A stretch of DNA of 64,000 nt from Gemmatimonadaceae bacterium (GCA_031411975.1 JANOCB010000096.1:22971-86970); one strand, 5' to 3'. Counted from the first letter of the stretch, positions 1-9,906 are shown. Made by a program: numbers and translations. The notes: generated by a model not told the origin, from the sequence alone.

Positions 1-399
1 CTGAGTGGCACACACCGCAGCGCGGCCGGACGTGTCACGACGTATGCCATGTACACCGATCCACCGCTGGGGCGCATCGGCATGAGCGAGAGCGACGCCC
101 GCCGTGCGATGGCCAGCGGCCGGCGATTCCTGATCGGAACGCAGGAGATGGCGAACGTCTCGCGCGCCAGGGAGGAAGGCGAGACCACGGGAGTGATTCG
201 CGTGCTGATCGACGCCGAGACGCGCCGGTTTGCCGGGATCACCATGCTCGGCATACACGCCGACGAGATTGTGCAGGTGATCGCCGCCATGATGGCGGCC
301 AACGCTCCGTACGAGGCCCTGCGGGACTTTCTCCCCGTGCATCCGACGGTGACGGAGTTTTTTCCGACGATCCTCGGGCAGCTCGTGCCCCTGACATGA
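1..399 (+). CDS. Pyridine nucleotide-disulfide oxidoreductase, C-terminal dimerisation domain (5' end lies outside the window)
   Basis: Frame-1 ORF runs from the window edge. The C-terminal sequence (…GITMLGIHADEIVQVIAAMMAANAPYEALRDFLPVHPTVTEFF) resembles the dimerisation domain of FAD-dependent disulfide reductases (Lpd/MerA/RclA-like). Confidence 0.55.
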   Translation: MSGTHRSAAGRVTTYAMYTDPPLGRIGMSESDARRAMASGRRFLIGTQEMANVSRAREEGETTGVIRVLIDAETRRFAGITMLGIHADEIVQVIAAMMAANAPYEALRDFLPVHPTVTEFFPTILGQLVPLT

Positions 400-457
400 C
401 GGCCCCCGTTCCGGCGCGGCATATTGCACGGCTCCGTCTCACATCTTCCGCCGCTGC

Positions 458-925
458 ATGTTCGACATCGTTCTCTACACTCCCGAAATTCCGCCCAACA
501 CCGGCAACGTGATCCGGCTCGCCGCCAACACGGGCGCGCGACTGCATCTGGTGGAGCCGCTCGGCTTCAATTTCGAGGACAAGCAGCTCGAACGCGCGGG
601 GCTCGACTACCGGGATCTCGCCGACGTGTCGATCCACGCCGACTGGGCGACGTGCCGGAGACATCTCGGTGACGCGGCGCGGTGGTTCGCCTTCTCGGCG
701 CGCGGCACGATGCGCTACACCGACGTGGCGTTCGCGCCGGGCGACGTGCTGGTCTTCGGCCCCGAGTCGACCGGCTTCTCCGACGCGATGCTGTCGGACT
801 TCGAGCCCGAACACCGCATCCGCCTGCCGATGCAGCCAGCGCGCCGCAGTCTCAACCTGTCGAACTGCGTGGCGATCGTGGCATACGAGGCATGGCGGCA
901 ACAGGGCTTCGCCGGCGGCGCCTGA
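458..925 (+). CDS. trmL: tRNA (cytidine/uridine-2'-O)-methyltransferase, SpoU/TrmL family
   Basis: 155-aa ORF with the typical TrmL N-terminus (MFDIVLYTPEIPPNTGNVIRL) and SPOUT-fold conservation throughout. Confidence 0.8.
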   Translation: MFDIVLYTPEIPPNTGNVIRLAANTGARLHLVEPLGFNFEDKQLERAGLDYRDLADVSIHADWATCRRHLGDAARWFAFSARGTMRYTDVAFAPGDVLVFGPESTGFSDAMLSDFEPEHRIRLPMQPARRSLNLSNCVAIVAYEAWRQQGFAGGA

Positions 926-982
926 GCATTGCTTCCCGCGAGGGCGCCGCGTTCCTTTCCGGACTCCCTCAGCGATCGCACC

Positions 983-2563
983 ATGCCCATCCGTCATATT
1001 TCGCTACTGCTCTGCCTTGCGGCATCGACTGCCAGCGCACAGAGCGCATTCGTACAGGTGCTCCGCGGTGACACCGTGGTCGTGGAGAAGTTCACGCGCA
1101 CCGCGACGCGGCTCGACGTCACGCTGGCCGCGAAGGGTGCCGGTCTGCAGTACCTGACAAGCGAGATCGGCCCCGATGGCACACTCGGCGCGATCACGCT
1201 GACCGTGCTGGCCCCCGGCGCAGCCGCCGGCGCCGCACCGATGATCACGGCACGGGCCTCGATTGCGGGTGATACGGCGATCGCGGTCATCGAGCGTGGT
1301 GGCGCGCCGCAGACACAGCGCATTCCGACGAAGGCCGGGGCACAACCCGCCATCGCCAATCTCGTGTCCTACATCGAAACGATGCTGCTGGCGGTGCGTC
1401 GTGCGAAGACGGCCACGGGAACCGTCACCACCTTCTCGATCGTGAATGGACAGACCGCGGCGCTCACATTCGCGAACACCCTGAGCGACTCCGTGACGGT
1501 GTCGGCCGGTGCCGGGTCGGTGTACGTGATCACCGACAGTGCCGGCAGGATCCGTCGCGGCGGCAGTCTCGATGGCGCGCTCGTCTTCTCTCGCGTGGAG
1601 GGCGTCGCCGTCACCAAGCTGGCCTTCGCCAAGCCCGACTACTCGCCGCCGCCCGGTGCACCGTACACGGCGGAGGCGGTGACCGTCCCGACACCACTCG
1701 GTCACACCCTGGGTGGCACATTCACGAAGCCGACCGGTGTGACGGTGCCGCTGCCTGTGGTCATCAGCATCAGCGGCAGCGGCCCGCAGGACCGCGACGA
1801 GTACATCAGCCTCATACGGAATGGCTACCGCCTCTTTCGGCAGGTGGCCGACACCCTTGGCCGGCGCGGGGTGGCGATGCTGCGCATGGACGATCGCGGC
1901 GTGGGAGAATCAGGCGGCAACTTCGCCACGGCGACGAGCCGCGACTTCGCCAACGACGTGCGCGCCGCCATCACGTACCTGCGGACGCGGAACGATGTCG
2001 ATGCGCGCCGAATCTTTCTCGTGGGTCACAGCGAAGGGGGCCTGATCGCGCCAATGGTGGCAGTCGATCAGCCGTCACTGGCAGGCATCGTGCTGATGGC
2101 CGGACCCGGACGCACCGGCCGCGAGATCCTGCAGTTCCAGAACCGGTATGCCATCGAGCACGACACGACGCTCTCGCCCGCGAAACGCACGGAGATGCTC
2201 GCGAAGATGCCGAAGATGCTCGATTCCGCGTTGAGTTCCACGCCGTGGCTGACCTTCTTCGGTGCCCACGATCCGCTGGCGACGGCGAAGCAGGTGAAGG
2301 TTCCGGTGCTGATTCTGCAGGGCGCCGATGACCAGCAGGTGATCGCGGCCGAAGCGCCCATACTGGCGAAGGCATTCCGCGCCGGCGGGAACCGTGACGT
2401 CACGATGCAGGTATTCCCGGAGTTGAATCACTTCTTCATCCGGCAGCCCGGCGGGGCACCGGCGGGGTACTCCACACTGCCGACGAACCTGGCGTCGGCC
2501 GAGGTCCTCGGCGTGGCCGCCGACTGGATCGTGCGCAAGGCATCGCGCGGTGCGGCGCACTGA
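983..2563 (+). CDS. Secreted alpha/beta-hydrolase (serine hydrolase, GHSEGG nucleophile elbow)
   Basis: Signal peptide (MPIRHISLLLCLAASTASAQS). GHSEGG motif with a downstream acid/His arrangement typical of dienelactone-hydrolase/S9-like alpha/beta hydrolases. The ORF track begins at 929; the ATG at 983 is preferred because of the signal peptide. Confidence 0.65.
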   Translation: MPIRHISLLLCLAASTASAQSAFVQVLRGDTVVVEKFTRTATRLDVTLAAKGAGLQYLTSEIGPDGTLGAITLTVLAPGAAAGAAPMITARASIAGDTAIAVIERGGAPQTQRIPTKAGAQPAIANLVSYIETMLLAVRRAKTATGTVTTFSIVNGQTAALTFANTLSDSVTVSAGAGSVYVITDSAGRIRRGGSLDGALVFSRVEGVAVTKLAFAKPDYSPPPGAPYTAEAVTVPTPLGHTLGGTFTKPTGVTVPLPVVISISGSGPQDRDEYISLIRNGYRLFRQVADTLGRRGVAMLRMDDRGVGESGGNFATATSRDFANDVRAAITYLRTRNDVDARRIFLVGHSEGGLIAPMVAVDQPSLAGIVLMAGPGRTGREILQFQNRYAIEHDTTLSPAKRTEMLAKMPKMLDSALSSTPWLTFFGAHDPLATAKQVKVPVLILQGADDQQVIAAEAPILAKAFRAGGNRDVTMQVFPELNHFFIRQPGGAPAGYSTLPTNLASAEVLGVAADWIVRKASRGAAH

Positions 2564-2619
2564 TGCATGTTGTTCGCAGAGAAGGTGTCGACTTGCTGCT
2601 AACCCTGACTTCTGAATTC

Positions 2620-3162
2620 ATGCCGTCTCGCCTGACCTGTGTTGCCGCGGCCCTGCTGGTCGCCACCTCGCTGCACGCGCAGAAGCCCGTCCGGGTGGAT
2701 CCCGATATTCGCAAGGGTGTGTTCACCTTCAATCCTTTCGCCCTGTTTGCCGAATATGTGGCGGGCGATCTGGAGGTGAAGGCGGCATCGACCGTGACGG
2801 TTGGCGGCGGATTCAGTGTGGTCGGCATCGACGATTACAACAATTACCGCGCGCTCGAGGCCAAGGTGCGGTACTACCCGGCGGAGAAAGCGCTGCAGGG
2901 CTTCTCGGTTGCCGGTACCGCCGGTTTCGCGACCGGCTCGGATCTGGACTACAGTACGCCGAATGGTCCCACCCGCCGGCGTGTGACCCGCCCGACGATC
3001 GGGACGGAACTGAGCTACCAGTGGATCATCGGACCGTCGTCCCGTTTCGTCGCCGTGACCGGTCTCGGTCTGAAGCGGTTTCTGGGCGACGAATCCAACG
3101 CCGATCCGCTGAATGTGCCGATCCTGCCCACCGCGCGAATCAACATCGGCATCGCGTTCTGA
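2620..3162 (+). CDS. Small outer-membrane beta-barrel-like protein (hypothetical)
   Basis: Signal peptide (MPSRLTCVAAALLVATSLHAQ). Alternating amphipathic strands rich in G/Y/T and a C-terminal aromatic residue (…INIGIAF), typical of OmpW/OmpA-like 8-strand barrels. Confidence 0.5.
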   Translation: MPSRLTCVAAALLVATSLHAQKPVRVDPDIRKGVFTFNPFALFAEYVAGDLEVKAASTVTVGGGFSVVGIDDYNNYRALEAKVRYYPAEKALQGFSVAGTAGFATGSDLDYSTPNGPTRRRVTRPTIGTELSYQWIIGPSSRFVAVTGLGLKRFLGDESNADPLNVPILPTARINIGIAF

Positions 3163-3188
3163 TCGCCGCCGTCACCTGACGCCGCACC

Positions 3189-3228
3189 GGCCGCCGCTCC
3201 CCACACCTGGAGCGGCGGCCGACGTGTT
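3189..3228 (+). terminator. Stem-loop terminator candidate downstream of the small outer-membrane protein gene
   Basis: GGCCGCCGCTCC-CCACACCT-GGAGCGGCGGCC is a perfect ~11-12 bp GC stem, followed by GACGTGTTTA (weak T tract). Confidence 0.5.
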
Positions 3229-3239
3229 TACGGGAGTGT

Positions 3240-5039
3240 TTGACACCGGGCCGACCGCAGAGCAGCCTTGACCTGTTCCCGTCGTCCGGCCCCCACCCCC
3301 GGAGTTTGCCCGTGTCGTCAATCAGAGCGTCCACCATCGCCGGTCTCGCGCTCCTCGCGCTGCCGGGTGTGCTGCACGCGCAGCCACGCGTCACCGTCAC
3401 CCTGCCGGCTGCACGTGTCACCGCGCCGCAGGATGGCCGGCTGCTCTTCCTGCTCTCGGCCGACTCGACCGCCGAGCCGCGCTTCCAGATCCAGTTCGGC
3501 GCCAACACGCAGCTCGTCTTCGGCAGCGACGTGGACGGCTGGGCCCCGGGATCGGCGCGCACCGTGCCGGGGGAATCGTTCGGGTTCCCGATCCGGAGCA
3601 TGAAGGATGTGCCAGCCGGCACATACCGCGTGCAGGCCTTCCTGAACCGCTACGAGACCTTCACGCTCGGTGACGGCCGCCGCCTCAAGCTCGCGCCGGA
3701 TCGTGGCGAGGGGCAGCAGTGGGCCTCCAAGCCGGGCAACCTGTACAGCACGCCGCGCACCATCACCTGGGACCCGAAGCGGCCCGCCAGCATCGCGCTG
3801 TCGCTCGACAACGAGATCGCCGCACTCCCGGATCCGGCCACGCGCGAAACGAAGTACGTGAAGTACGTGAAGATCCGCAGCGAACGCCTGTCGAAGTTCT
3901 GGGGCCGCGACATGTATCTCGCGGCGTGGGTGCTGCTGCCATGGGGCTTCGACGAACATCCGTCGTCACGCTATCCGCTGGTGATCAACCACGGCCACTT
4001 CCCGATGTCACTCACCGGGTGGCGCGAGACGCCGCCCGATCCGAACCTCAAGCCCGACTTCAGCACGCGCTTCCAGCTGGCAGGCTACAATCGCATCCAG
4101 CAGGAGCTGGGCTACGAGTTCTACAAGGACTGGACCGGCAAGGGATTCCCGCGGGCGCTGATGATCGAGATTCAGCACCCCACACCGTACTACGACGACT
4201 CGTACGCGGTGAACTCGCCGAACAGCGGGCCATACGGCGACGCCATCCAGTACGAACTGCTCCCCGAGATCGAAAAGAAGTATCGCGGACTCGGTGCCGG
4301 CTGGGCACGATTCGTGTTCGGCGGCTCCACCGGCGGCTGGGAGTCGATGGCGGTGCAGATGTTCTACCCCGAGGAGTACAACGGCGCGTGGGTGGCCTGT
4401 CCCGACCCGATCGACTTCCGTCATTACACCACGGTCAACATCTACGCCGACACGAACGCGTACTTCATGACCAGCCGCTTCAAGCGCACGCCGCGGCCGG
4501 CACATCGCAACTTTCTCGGCCACGTGGATGCGACCGTGCAGGACATGAATCACTTCGAGTATGCGCTGGGATCACGCGGCCGCTCGGGTGATCAGTTCGA
4601 CGTGTGGGAGTCGACGTTCTCGCCAGTGGGGCCTGACGGATATCCGGCGCGCATCTGGGACCGGGAAACCGGAACGATCGATCCCAAGGTGGCCACGTAC
4701 TGGCGCGACCACTGGGACCTGTCGTTCATCCTGAAGCGCGACTGGGCCACACTGGGCCCGAAGCTCAAGGGCAAGCTGCGGATCTACGTGGGCGACATGG
4801 ATAACTACTACCTCAACAACGCCGTCTACGAGGTGGAGTCGTTCCTGAAGACGGCGTCGCCAGCCGCCGACGCCGTGGTGGACTACGGCGACCGTGATGA
4901 ACACTGCTGGAACGGTGATCACACGCGCAGCAATGCGTACTCGCGGTTGCGCTACCCGCAGATGGTGCTGCCGTGGGCGGTGGAGCGGATGCTGACGACC
5001 GCGCCAGCGGGCGCCGACCTGCGCAGCTGGCGGTACTGA
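3240..5039 (+). CDS. Secreted esterase-like protein (putative esterase/alpha-beta hydrolase family)
   Basis: 599-aa ORF with an N-terminal signal peptide (TIAGLALLALPGVLHAQP). FGGSTGGWESMAVQ resembles the GxSxGG nucleophile region of the enterochelin-esterase-like 'putative esterase' family. Start codon is uncertain. Confidence 0.55.
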   Translation: MTPGRPQSSLDLFPSSGPHPRSLPVSSIRASTIAGLALLALPGVLHAQPRVTVTLPAARVTAPQDGRLLFLLSADSTAEPRFQIQFGANTQLVFGSDVDGWAPGSARTVPGESFGFPIRSMKDVPAGTYRVQAFLNRYETFTLGDGRRLKLAPDRGEGQQWASKPGNLYSTPRTITWDPKRPASIALSLDNEIAALPDPATRETKYVKYVKIRSERLSKFWGRDMYLAAWVLLPWGFDEHPSSRYPLVINHGHFPMSLTGWRETPPDPNLKPDFSTRFQLAGYNRIQQELGYEFYKDWTGKGFPRALMIEIQHPTPYYDDSYAVNSPNSGPYGDAIQYELLPEIEKKYRGLGAGWARFVFGGSTGGWESMAVQMFYPEEYNGAWVACPDPIDFRHYTTVNIYADTNAYFMTSRFKRTPRPAHRNFLGHVDATVQDMNHFEYALGSRGRSGDQFDVWESTFSPVGPDGYPARIWDRETGTIDPKVATYWRDHWDLSFILKRDWATLGPKLKGKLRIYVGDMDNYYLNNAVYEVESFLKTASPAADAVVDYGDRDEHCWNGDHTRSNAYSRLRYPQMVLPWAVERMLTTAPAGADLRSWRY

Positions 5040-5044
5040 GACGG

Positions 5045-5097
5045 CTGATCAGTCCTGCGCGGCGCCGCCCGGGTCAGCGGCGCCGCGCGGTGATCAG
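5045..5097. terminator. Long perfect inverted repeat at a convergent gene junction (bidirectional terminator candidate)
   Basis: CTGATCA-g-tcct-GCGCGGCGCCGC-ccgggtca-GCGGCGCCGCGC-gg-TGATCAG: a 12-bp perfect core stem with a 7-bp outer stem. The TGA stop of the minus-strand gene (5074..5076) lies in the loop. Confidence 0.5.
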
Positions 5098-6276
5098 CAC
5101 CGCGATGTCATCAGGCCGCGGGTTGATGAAGTCGAGGCGCACGCGACCGTCGGGCAGGGTGCTGACGGTGGCCGGAATGGAGCTGTTGGTGAGCAGCCAT
5201 CCCGCTGGCAGCACCACCGCGTTGGCGGGCCGCCCGAAGCTCCGGTCCCACACCAGTTCGTCGTTCACGACCGTGTAGCGCGCCGGATCGGTGTAGGTCT
5301 CGAACATGCGAAGGCGCACGGTGCTACCGGCGATCACCGGTGCGAACCGGAACACCACCACCTCGGTCTGCGGCGTCACATCCGGCACGGCGAGCCCCGC
5401 CTTCGTGATCGCCTCACCCTTCAGCACCTCGTGGCGCAGCGGCTCGCCGGTGTCGAGGTTCATCGCACGCGGGTTGGTCACGGTGCTTCCGGCGCGCACG
5501 ATGTTGAGGTAGGTGGACGTGCCGGTGCGCGACTCGGTGTAGTCGTGATACAGGTCGAAGGCGTGCGTTTCCGGCTGCTGCAGGAAGTACACGATCTCGC
5601 GGTCCTGGTGTGCCCGCTCGCCAAGCCGAGCCGCCACGCTCGATGCCCCCGCACGCAGTGACTTCGCCGGCAGCGCACGCAGCGTCACCGCCGCCTCGCT
5701 GGGCGTGGCGTTCCAGAAGCTGATGCCGACGCGCCCATCGGGTTCCTGCAGCACCTGCGCCGGAAAGCTGGAGGCGACCAACTCGTACCCCACCGGCAGC
5801 ACGACCGCATTGCGCTTGATGCCGAGCGGCCGCGTGAAGACCAGCGTGTCGCCGCGGGTGAAGTAGCTGAGGCGATCCTCGTACGTCTTGAGGATCAGCA
5901 CGCGCTGCTCGCCACCGTCCGCAGGCACCGGCCGCGCCAACGACACGCGGATGTAGGTCTGCAGGCTGTCGCCGCGTACGCCGCCCGCGCGGGCCGCCGC
6001 GGCTCCGACCTCTTCGAAGGGCAGCGGTTTCCCCGACGCGCGGTCGAACACACTTTCGTCGGTGGCGATGCTCCCTTTGCGGATCGGATTGAAGTAGTAC
6101 CGCGCTCCCGGCGTGGTGGCGGTGACCTCGTAGATGATGCGGAACTTCCCCGAACCTGGCGCGAGCAGCTCGTAGCGCGTGTAGGCGTCGGCATCCGTCT
6201 GCCGCGGCGCCTCTTGCGCGACGAGTGGCAGGACGGCGAGACTGGCAGCGGTGCTGCAGGCGAGGAGTTTGCGCAT
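5074..6276 (-). CDS. Secreted hypothetical protein with two tandem homologous domains
   Basis: Signal peptide (MRKLLACSTAASLAVLPLVAQEAP). Internal duplication: …NAVVLPVGYELVASSFPAQVLQEPDGRVGISFWN… versus …NAVVLPAGWLLTNSSIPATVSTLPDGRVRLDFIN…. No recognisable catalytic motif. Confidence 0.55.
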   Translation of the reverse strand: MRKLLACSTAASLAVLPLVAQEAPRQTDADAYTRYELLAPGSGKFRIIYEVTATTPGARYYFNPIRKGSIATDESVFDRASGKPLPFEEVGAAAARAGGVRGDSLQTYIRVSLARPVPADGGEQRVLILKTYEDRLSYFTRGDTLVFTRPLGIKRNAVVLPVGYELVASSFPAQVLQEPDGRVGISFWNATPSEAAVTLRALPAKSLRAGASSVAARLGERAHQDREIVYFLQQPETHAFDLYHDYTESRTGTSTYLNIVRAGSTVTNPRAMNLDTGEPLRHEVLKGEAITKAGLAVPDVTPQTEVVVFRFAPVIAGSTVRLRMFETYTDPARYTVVNDELVWDRSFGRPANAVVLPAGWLLTNSSIPATVSTLPDGRVRLDFINPRPDDIAVLITARRR

Positions 6277-6405
6277 CGGTCGGCGGGCAGTGGGAGATGG
6301 TGACGCCTGACGCTACGGTGCTGCGCACCCGTTTGCCATACACGCCGGCGCACGGCACCGCGCCATTCTGGCTCCGCTGGGCACCTTCCACCCCGACTGC
6401 CGCTC

Positions 6406-7896
6406 GTGTCGCTCCTCGCCCTCCTCGATCACACCCTGCTGGGCGCCGCGTCACGGATCGCCCTCGACGCCGACACGCCGGCGGGCACCACCGAGTCGTT
6501 CACCTTCGGTGACCTCGAGGTGCGCAGCAACCGGCTGGCGTGGGTGCTCAACGATCGCGGCGTGCGCAGCGGCGACCGGCTCGCCTTTCTGCTGACCAAC
6601 CGCATCGAGATCATCGATCTCTGGCTCGCCTGTCTCAAGCTCGGCGTGATCGTGGTGCCGGTGAACGTGCTGTACCAGTCACGGGAGATCGCGCACATCG
6701 TCAGCGACGCCGAGCCGACCGCCGTGATCACCACCCCGGATCGCAGTGCCGATCTCGCCGACGGCGTCACGGTCTGGAACATCGAGCATCTCACCCGCGC
6801 GTGTGAGGCGCTCACGCAGGTCCGGGCCCGGCCTCTCTGCGTGCAGACCACCGTCTGCACCGCCGACACGCCGCTGGCGCTGGTGTACACCTCCGGCACC
6901 ACCGGTGCGTCGAAGGGTGCCGTGCTCACGCATGGTAATTTCTCCAGCAACGCGCTGGTGCTGAACGCCAGCTGGGCGATGCGCGACACCGATCGGCTGC
7001 TCTGCGCCCTGCCGCTCTTTCACGTGCACGGGCTCGGCAATGCGGTGCATTGCTGGCTGCTCAGCGGCTGCCATCTGAAGCTGGTGTCACGCTTCGAGGT
7101 GCAGAAGGCGGCCGCGCTGTTCAGCGACTACGCCCCCAGCGTGTTCTTCGGTGTGCCGACGATGTACGTGCGCCTGCTCGAAATCGAGGCGAACGTCGCC
7201 CGGTCGATCGGCGAACAGGCGCGGCTCTTCGTGTGCGGCTCGGCACCGCTGCCGCCCCAGGTGCTCGAGGAATTCCGGATCCGGTATGGGCACGTGATCC
7301 TCGAGCGCTACGGCATGACCGAAACGCTGATGAATGTCAGCAATCCCTATTTCGGCGAACGGCGCGCCGGCACGGTGGGCCTGCCACTGCCCCTGACTGA
7401 CGTGCGCATCGTGGCCGACGATGGCACCGACGTCCCTGATGGCACGAGTGGCGAACTCTGGGTGCGCGGTCCGAATGTCTGTGCGGGATACTGGCGGCGG
7501 CCTGACGCCACGCTCACGGCCTTCCGCGATGGCTGGTTCCGCACCGGCGACATCGGGGTCCGCGCGGTTGACGGCTACATCACGCTCGAGGGACGCCGCA
7601 GTGAGCTGATCATCTCCGGGGGCTTCAACATCTACCCGCGTGAGATCGAGGAGCTGCTGCTGGAGCAGTCCGGGGTGCGCGAGGCCACCGTCGTCGGCCG
7701 CCCCGACGCCACACGGGGTGAGGTACCGGTGGCCTATCTCGTCTGCGACGAGACCGTGGACACCGCGGCACTGGAGGCACGCCTGCGCACGCAGCTCGCC
7801 TCGTTCAAGATTCCGCGCGCCTTCGTGCGCGTCGACACGCTCCCGCGCACCGCGCTGGGCAAGGTCCAGAAGCACCTGCTGCCAGCGGCACCATGA
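6406..7896 (+). CDS. AMP-dependent synthetase/ligase (acyl-CoA synthetase)
   Basis: AMP-binding motif YTSGTTGASKGAVLTHGN, and the downstream …GYWRRPDATLTAF…GDIG… motifs of the ANL superfamily. Shares a 4-nt overlap with the downstream transporter gene. Confidence 0.85.
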   Translation: MSLLALLDHTLLGAASRIALDADTPAGTTESFTFGDLEVRSNRLAWVLNDRGVRSGDRLAFLLTNRIEIIDLWLACLKLGVIVVPVNVLYQSREIAHIVSDAEPTAVITTPDRSADLADGVTVWNIEHLTRACEALTQVRARPLCVQTTVCTADTPLALVYTSGTTGASKGAVLTHGNFSSNALVLNASWAMRDTDRLLCALPLFHVHGLGNAVHCWLLSGCHLKLVSRFEVQKAAALFSDYAPSVFFGVPTMYVRLLEIEANVARSIGEQARLFVCGSAPLPPQVLEEFRIRYGHVILERYGMTETLMNVSNPYFGERRAGTVGLPLPLTDVRIVADDGTDVPDGTSGELWVRGPNVCAGYWRRPDATLTAFRDGWFRTGDIGVRAVDGYITLEGRRSELIISGGFNIYPREIEELLLEQSGVREATVVGRPDATRGEVPVAYLVCDETVDTAALEARLRTQLASFKIPRAFVRVDTLPRTALGKVQKHLLPAAP

Positions 7897-9137
7897 CGCC
7901 GGCGATGCTGTCGCTGGGCGCACTGCTGCTGGTCATCCTCGGCAGTCTCACGTCGCGCATCAATGTCGGCGTGCTGGCGGTCGCCCTGGCGTGGCCGATC
8001 GCGATCTTCGCGGCAGGCTGGAAAGTCGATGCGGTGATGGGGACCTTCCCCAGCTCGCTCTTCCTCACGCTGGTGGGTGTCAGCGTGCTGTTCGGCGTGG
8101 CACAGGCCAATGGCACCATGCACGCCATCGCGACGTCTGCGGTGGGCCTGCTGCGGGGGCAAGCGGCGATGTTGCCACCACTCTTCTTCGTGATGGCGTG
8201 TGCGCTGTCCACCGCCGGCCCCGGTGCGATCTCGGCCACTGCCCTGCTCGCCCCGCTGGCGATGGGCATCGCGCTGCAGGCGAGGATGCCGGTGTTCCTG
8301 ACCGCGCTCATGATCGGCAACGGCGCCAACGCCGGCAACCTGTCACCGATCAGCGCCGTCGGGGTGATCGTGCACAGCGCGATGGAGAAGATCGGGCTCG
8401 ACGGGCATGTGTGGAGCGTGTGGTCGGCGAACTTGGCGGCGCATGTACTGGCCTCGATCGCGGCCTGGGTGTTGTTCGGCGGCCCGGCGCTGCGACGCGC
8501 TGGGACCGTCACGACCCTCGCCGCGGCCCCGCCGCTGACGTCGCGGCACTGGATCACCATTGGCGTGATCACGACATGGGTGATCGCCGTGATCGCGTTC
8601 AAGCTCAACCCGGGCTTGTCCGCCTTTGCCGCTGCGAGTGTCCTGCTGATCGCCGGCATCGGCGATGACGCCGAGAGCGTGAAGCAGATTCCGTGGGCGG
8701 TGATCCTGATGGTGTGTGGTGTGAGCGTGCTGATCGGTGTGCTGGAGAAGACCGGCGGCATGGATCTCTTCACCACGCTGCTCGCACGCATCGCCACACC
8801 CGACACGGTCAACGGCGCCATCGCCGGGATCACCGGCCTGATCTCCACCTACAGTTCGACGTCGGGCGTGATCTATCCAGCATTCATTCCGGCGGTGCCC
8901 GGCCTGGTGCAGAAGCTCGGCGGCGGCGACCCGTTGCAGGTCGCGATGAGCATCAACGTCGGTGCGGCGCTGGTGGACGTCTCGCCACTGTCGACCATCG
9001 GCGCGCTCTGCATCGCCGCGTTGCCGCAAGGAAGTGCCGATGCGAAGAAGCTCTTCCGCAATCTGCTGTTGTGGGGCTTCTCGATGACGCTGGCGGGCGC
9101 GGTGTTCTGTCAGCTGTTCATCGGGTTCTTTGCCTGA
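7893..9137 (+). CDS. Polytopic membrane permease, ion-transporter superfamily (ArsB/NhaD/CitMHS-like)
   Basis: 414 aa, ~10-12 hydrophobic helices. ATGA overlap with the acyl-CoA ligase stop indicates co-translation. Confidence 0.65.
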   Translation: MTPAMLSLGALLLVILGSLTSRINVGVLAVALAWPIAIFAAGWKVDAVMGTFPSSLFLTLVGVSVLFGVAQANGTMHAIATSAVGLLRGQAAMLPPLFFVMACALSTAGPGAISATALLAPLAMGIALQARMPVFLTALMIGNGANAGNLSPISAVGVIVHSAMEKIGLDGHVWSVWSANLAAHVLASIAAWVLFGGPALRRAGTVTTLAAAPPLTSRHWITIGVITTWVIAVIAFKLNPGLSAFAAASVLLIAGIGDDAESVKQIPWAVILMVCGVSVLIGVLEKTGGMDLFTTLLARIATPDTVNGAIAGITGLISTYSSTSGVIYPAFIPAVPGLVQKLGGGDPLQVAMSINVGAALVDVSPLSTIGALCIAALPQGSADAKKLFRNLLLWGFSMTLAGAVFCQLFIGFFA

Positions 9138-9165
9138 CGACAGTCCCACCTCCGCTGGGCTCCGC

Positions 9166-9906
9166 ATGCTGACGCCACGCCGTATCACATCGCTCGTTGC
9201 CGCCGCTGCGTTCTGCGCCGCACCGCTTCGCGCCCAGCGAAGCGATGCGCCCGTGCCCGAGGTTCGGCAGATCGTCACCTTCCTCTTCCAGCCCGGACGC
9301 TCCGCCGAGGCCGCAGCCATCTACGAAGCGCAGCTGAAGCCGATCTACGCCGATGTGGCGCCGATGATGCGGTTCCGGGCCTATCGCGAAGCCGAAAGCC
9401 CGGAGCCGCTCGACCTCGTGGTGGTGACCAGCTACCGGGGCATGGCGGGAATGGACGCGGCCAACGAGACGCTGCGCCGGCCGCACGTCTCGGGTCGATC
9501 AGCGTTCGCGCTCTACGGCACACTCTCCGCCATGACGCAGTCGCATCACGATCAGTTCGTGGAGATGCTGCCGCCGATCGGCCCCACACCCGACGACAGC
9601 GCGGGCATCACCGTGTTCGAGTATCTACGGGTCTCCACCGCTGATCAGCCCCGGTTCGTGCGCCTGCTCGACCCGTTCCGTCGCGCCGAGCAGGCGGCGG
9701 GGCTGTATCGGTGGTCGGAGATGGGGCGGATGCTGGTGAGCGACGGATGGGACTTTCTCCGCATCCATCACATGCGGTCGCTGGCCGACTGGCAGCGCTA
9801 CCGGACGTATCAGCGGCGCCAGGCCTCGAGTGGCGGGCCGCTCACGCTGATAGCAGCCCGCAAGGCGATCATCCTCAGGCAGGATGCGAGGCTGTCGGTT
9901 CGCTGA
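9166..9906 (+). CDS. Secreted hypothetical protein
   Basis: Signal peptide (MLTPRRITSLVAAAAFCAAPLRAQR). No recognisable domain. The ORF track starts at 9130; 9166 is preferred. Confidence 0.45.
   Translation: MLTPRRITSLVAAAAFCAAPLRAQRSDAPVPEVRQIVTFLFQPGRSAEAAAIYEAQLKPIYADVAPMMRFRAYREAESPEPLDLVVVTSYRGMAGMDAANETLRRPHVSGRSAFALYGTLSAMTQSHHDQFVEMLPPIGPTPDDSAGITVFEYLRVSTADQPRFVRLLDPFRRAEQAAGLYRWSEMGRMLVSDGWDFLRIHHMRSLADWQRYRTYQRRQASSGGPLTLIAARKAIILRQDARLSVR

Noticed and set aside
7805-8848. 347-aa minus-strand ORF, and 7640..8668 plus-strand out-of-frame ORF
   Set aside because: Both overlap the acyl-CoA ligase and permease genes in alternative frames, with no domain signal.
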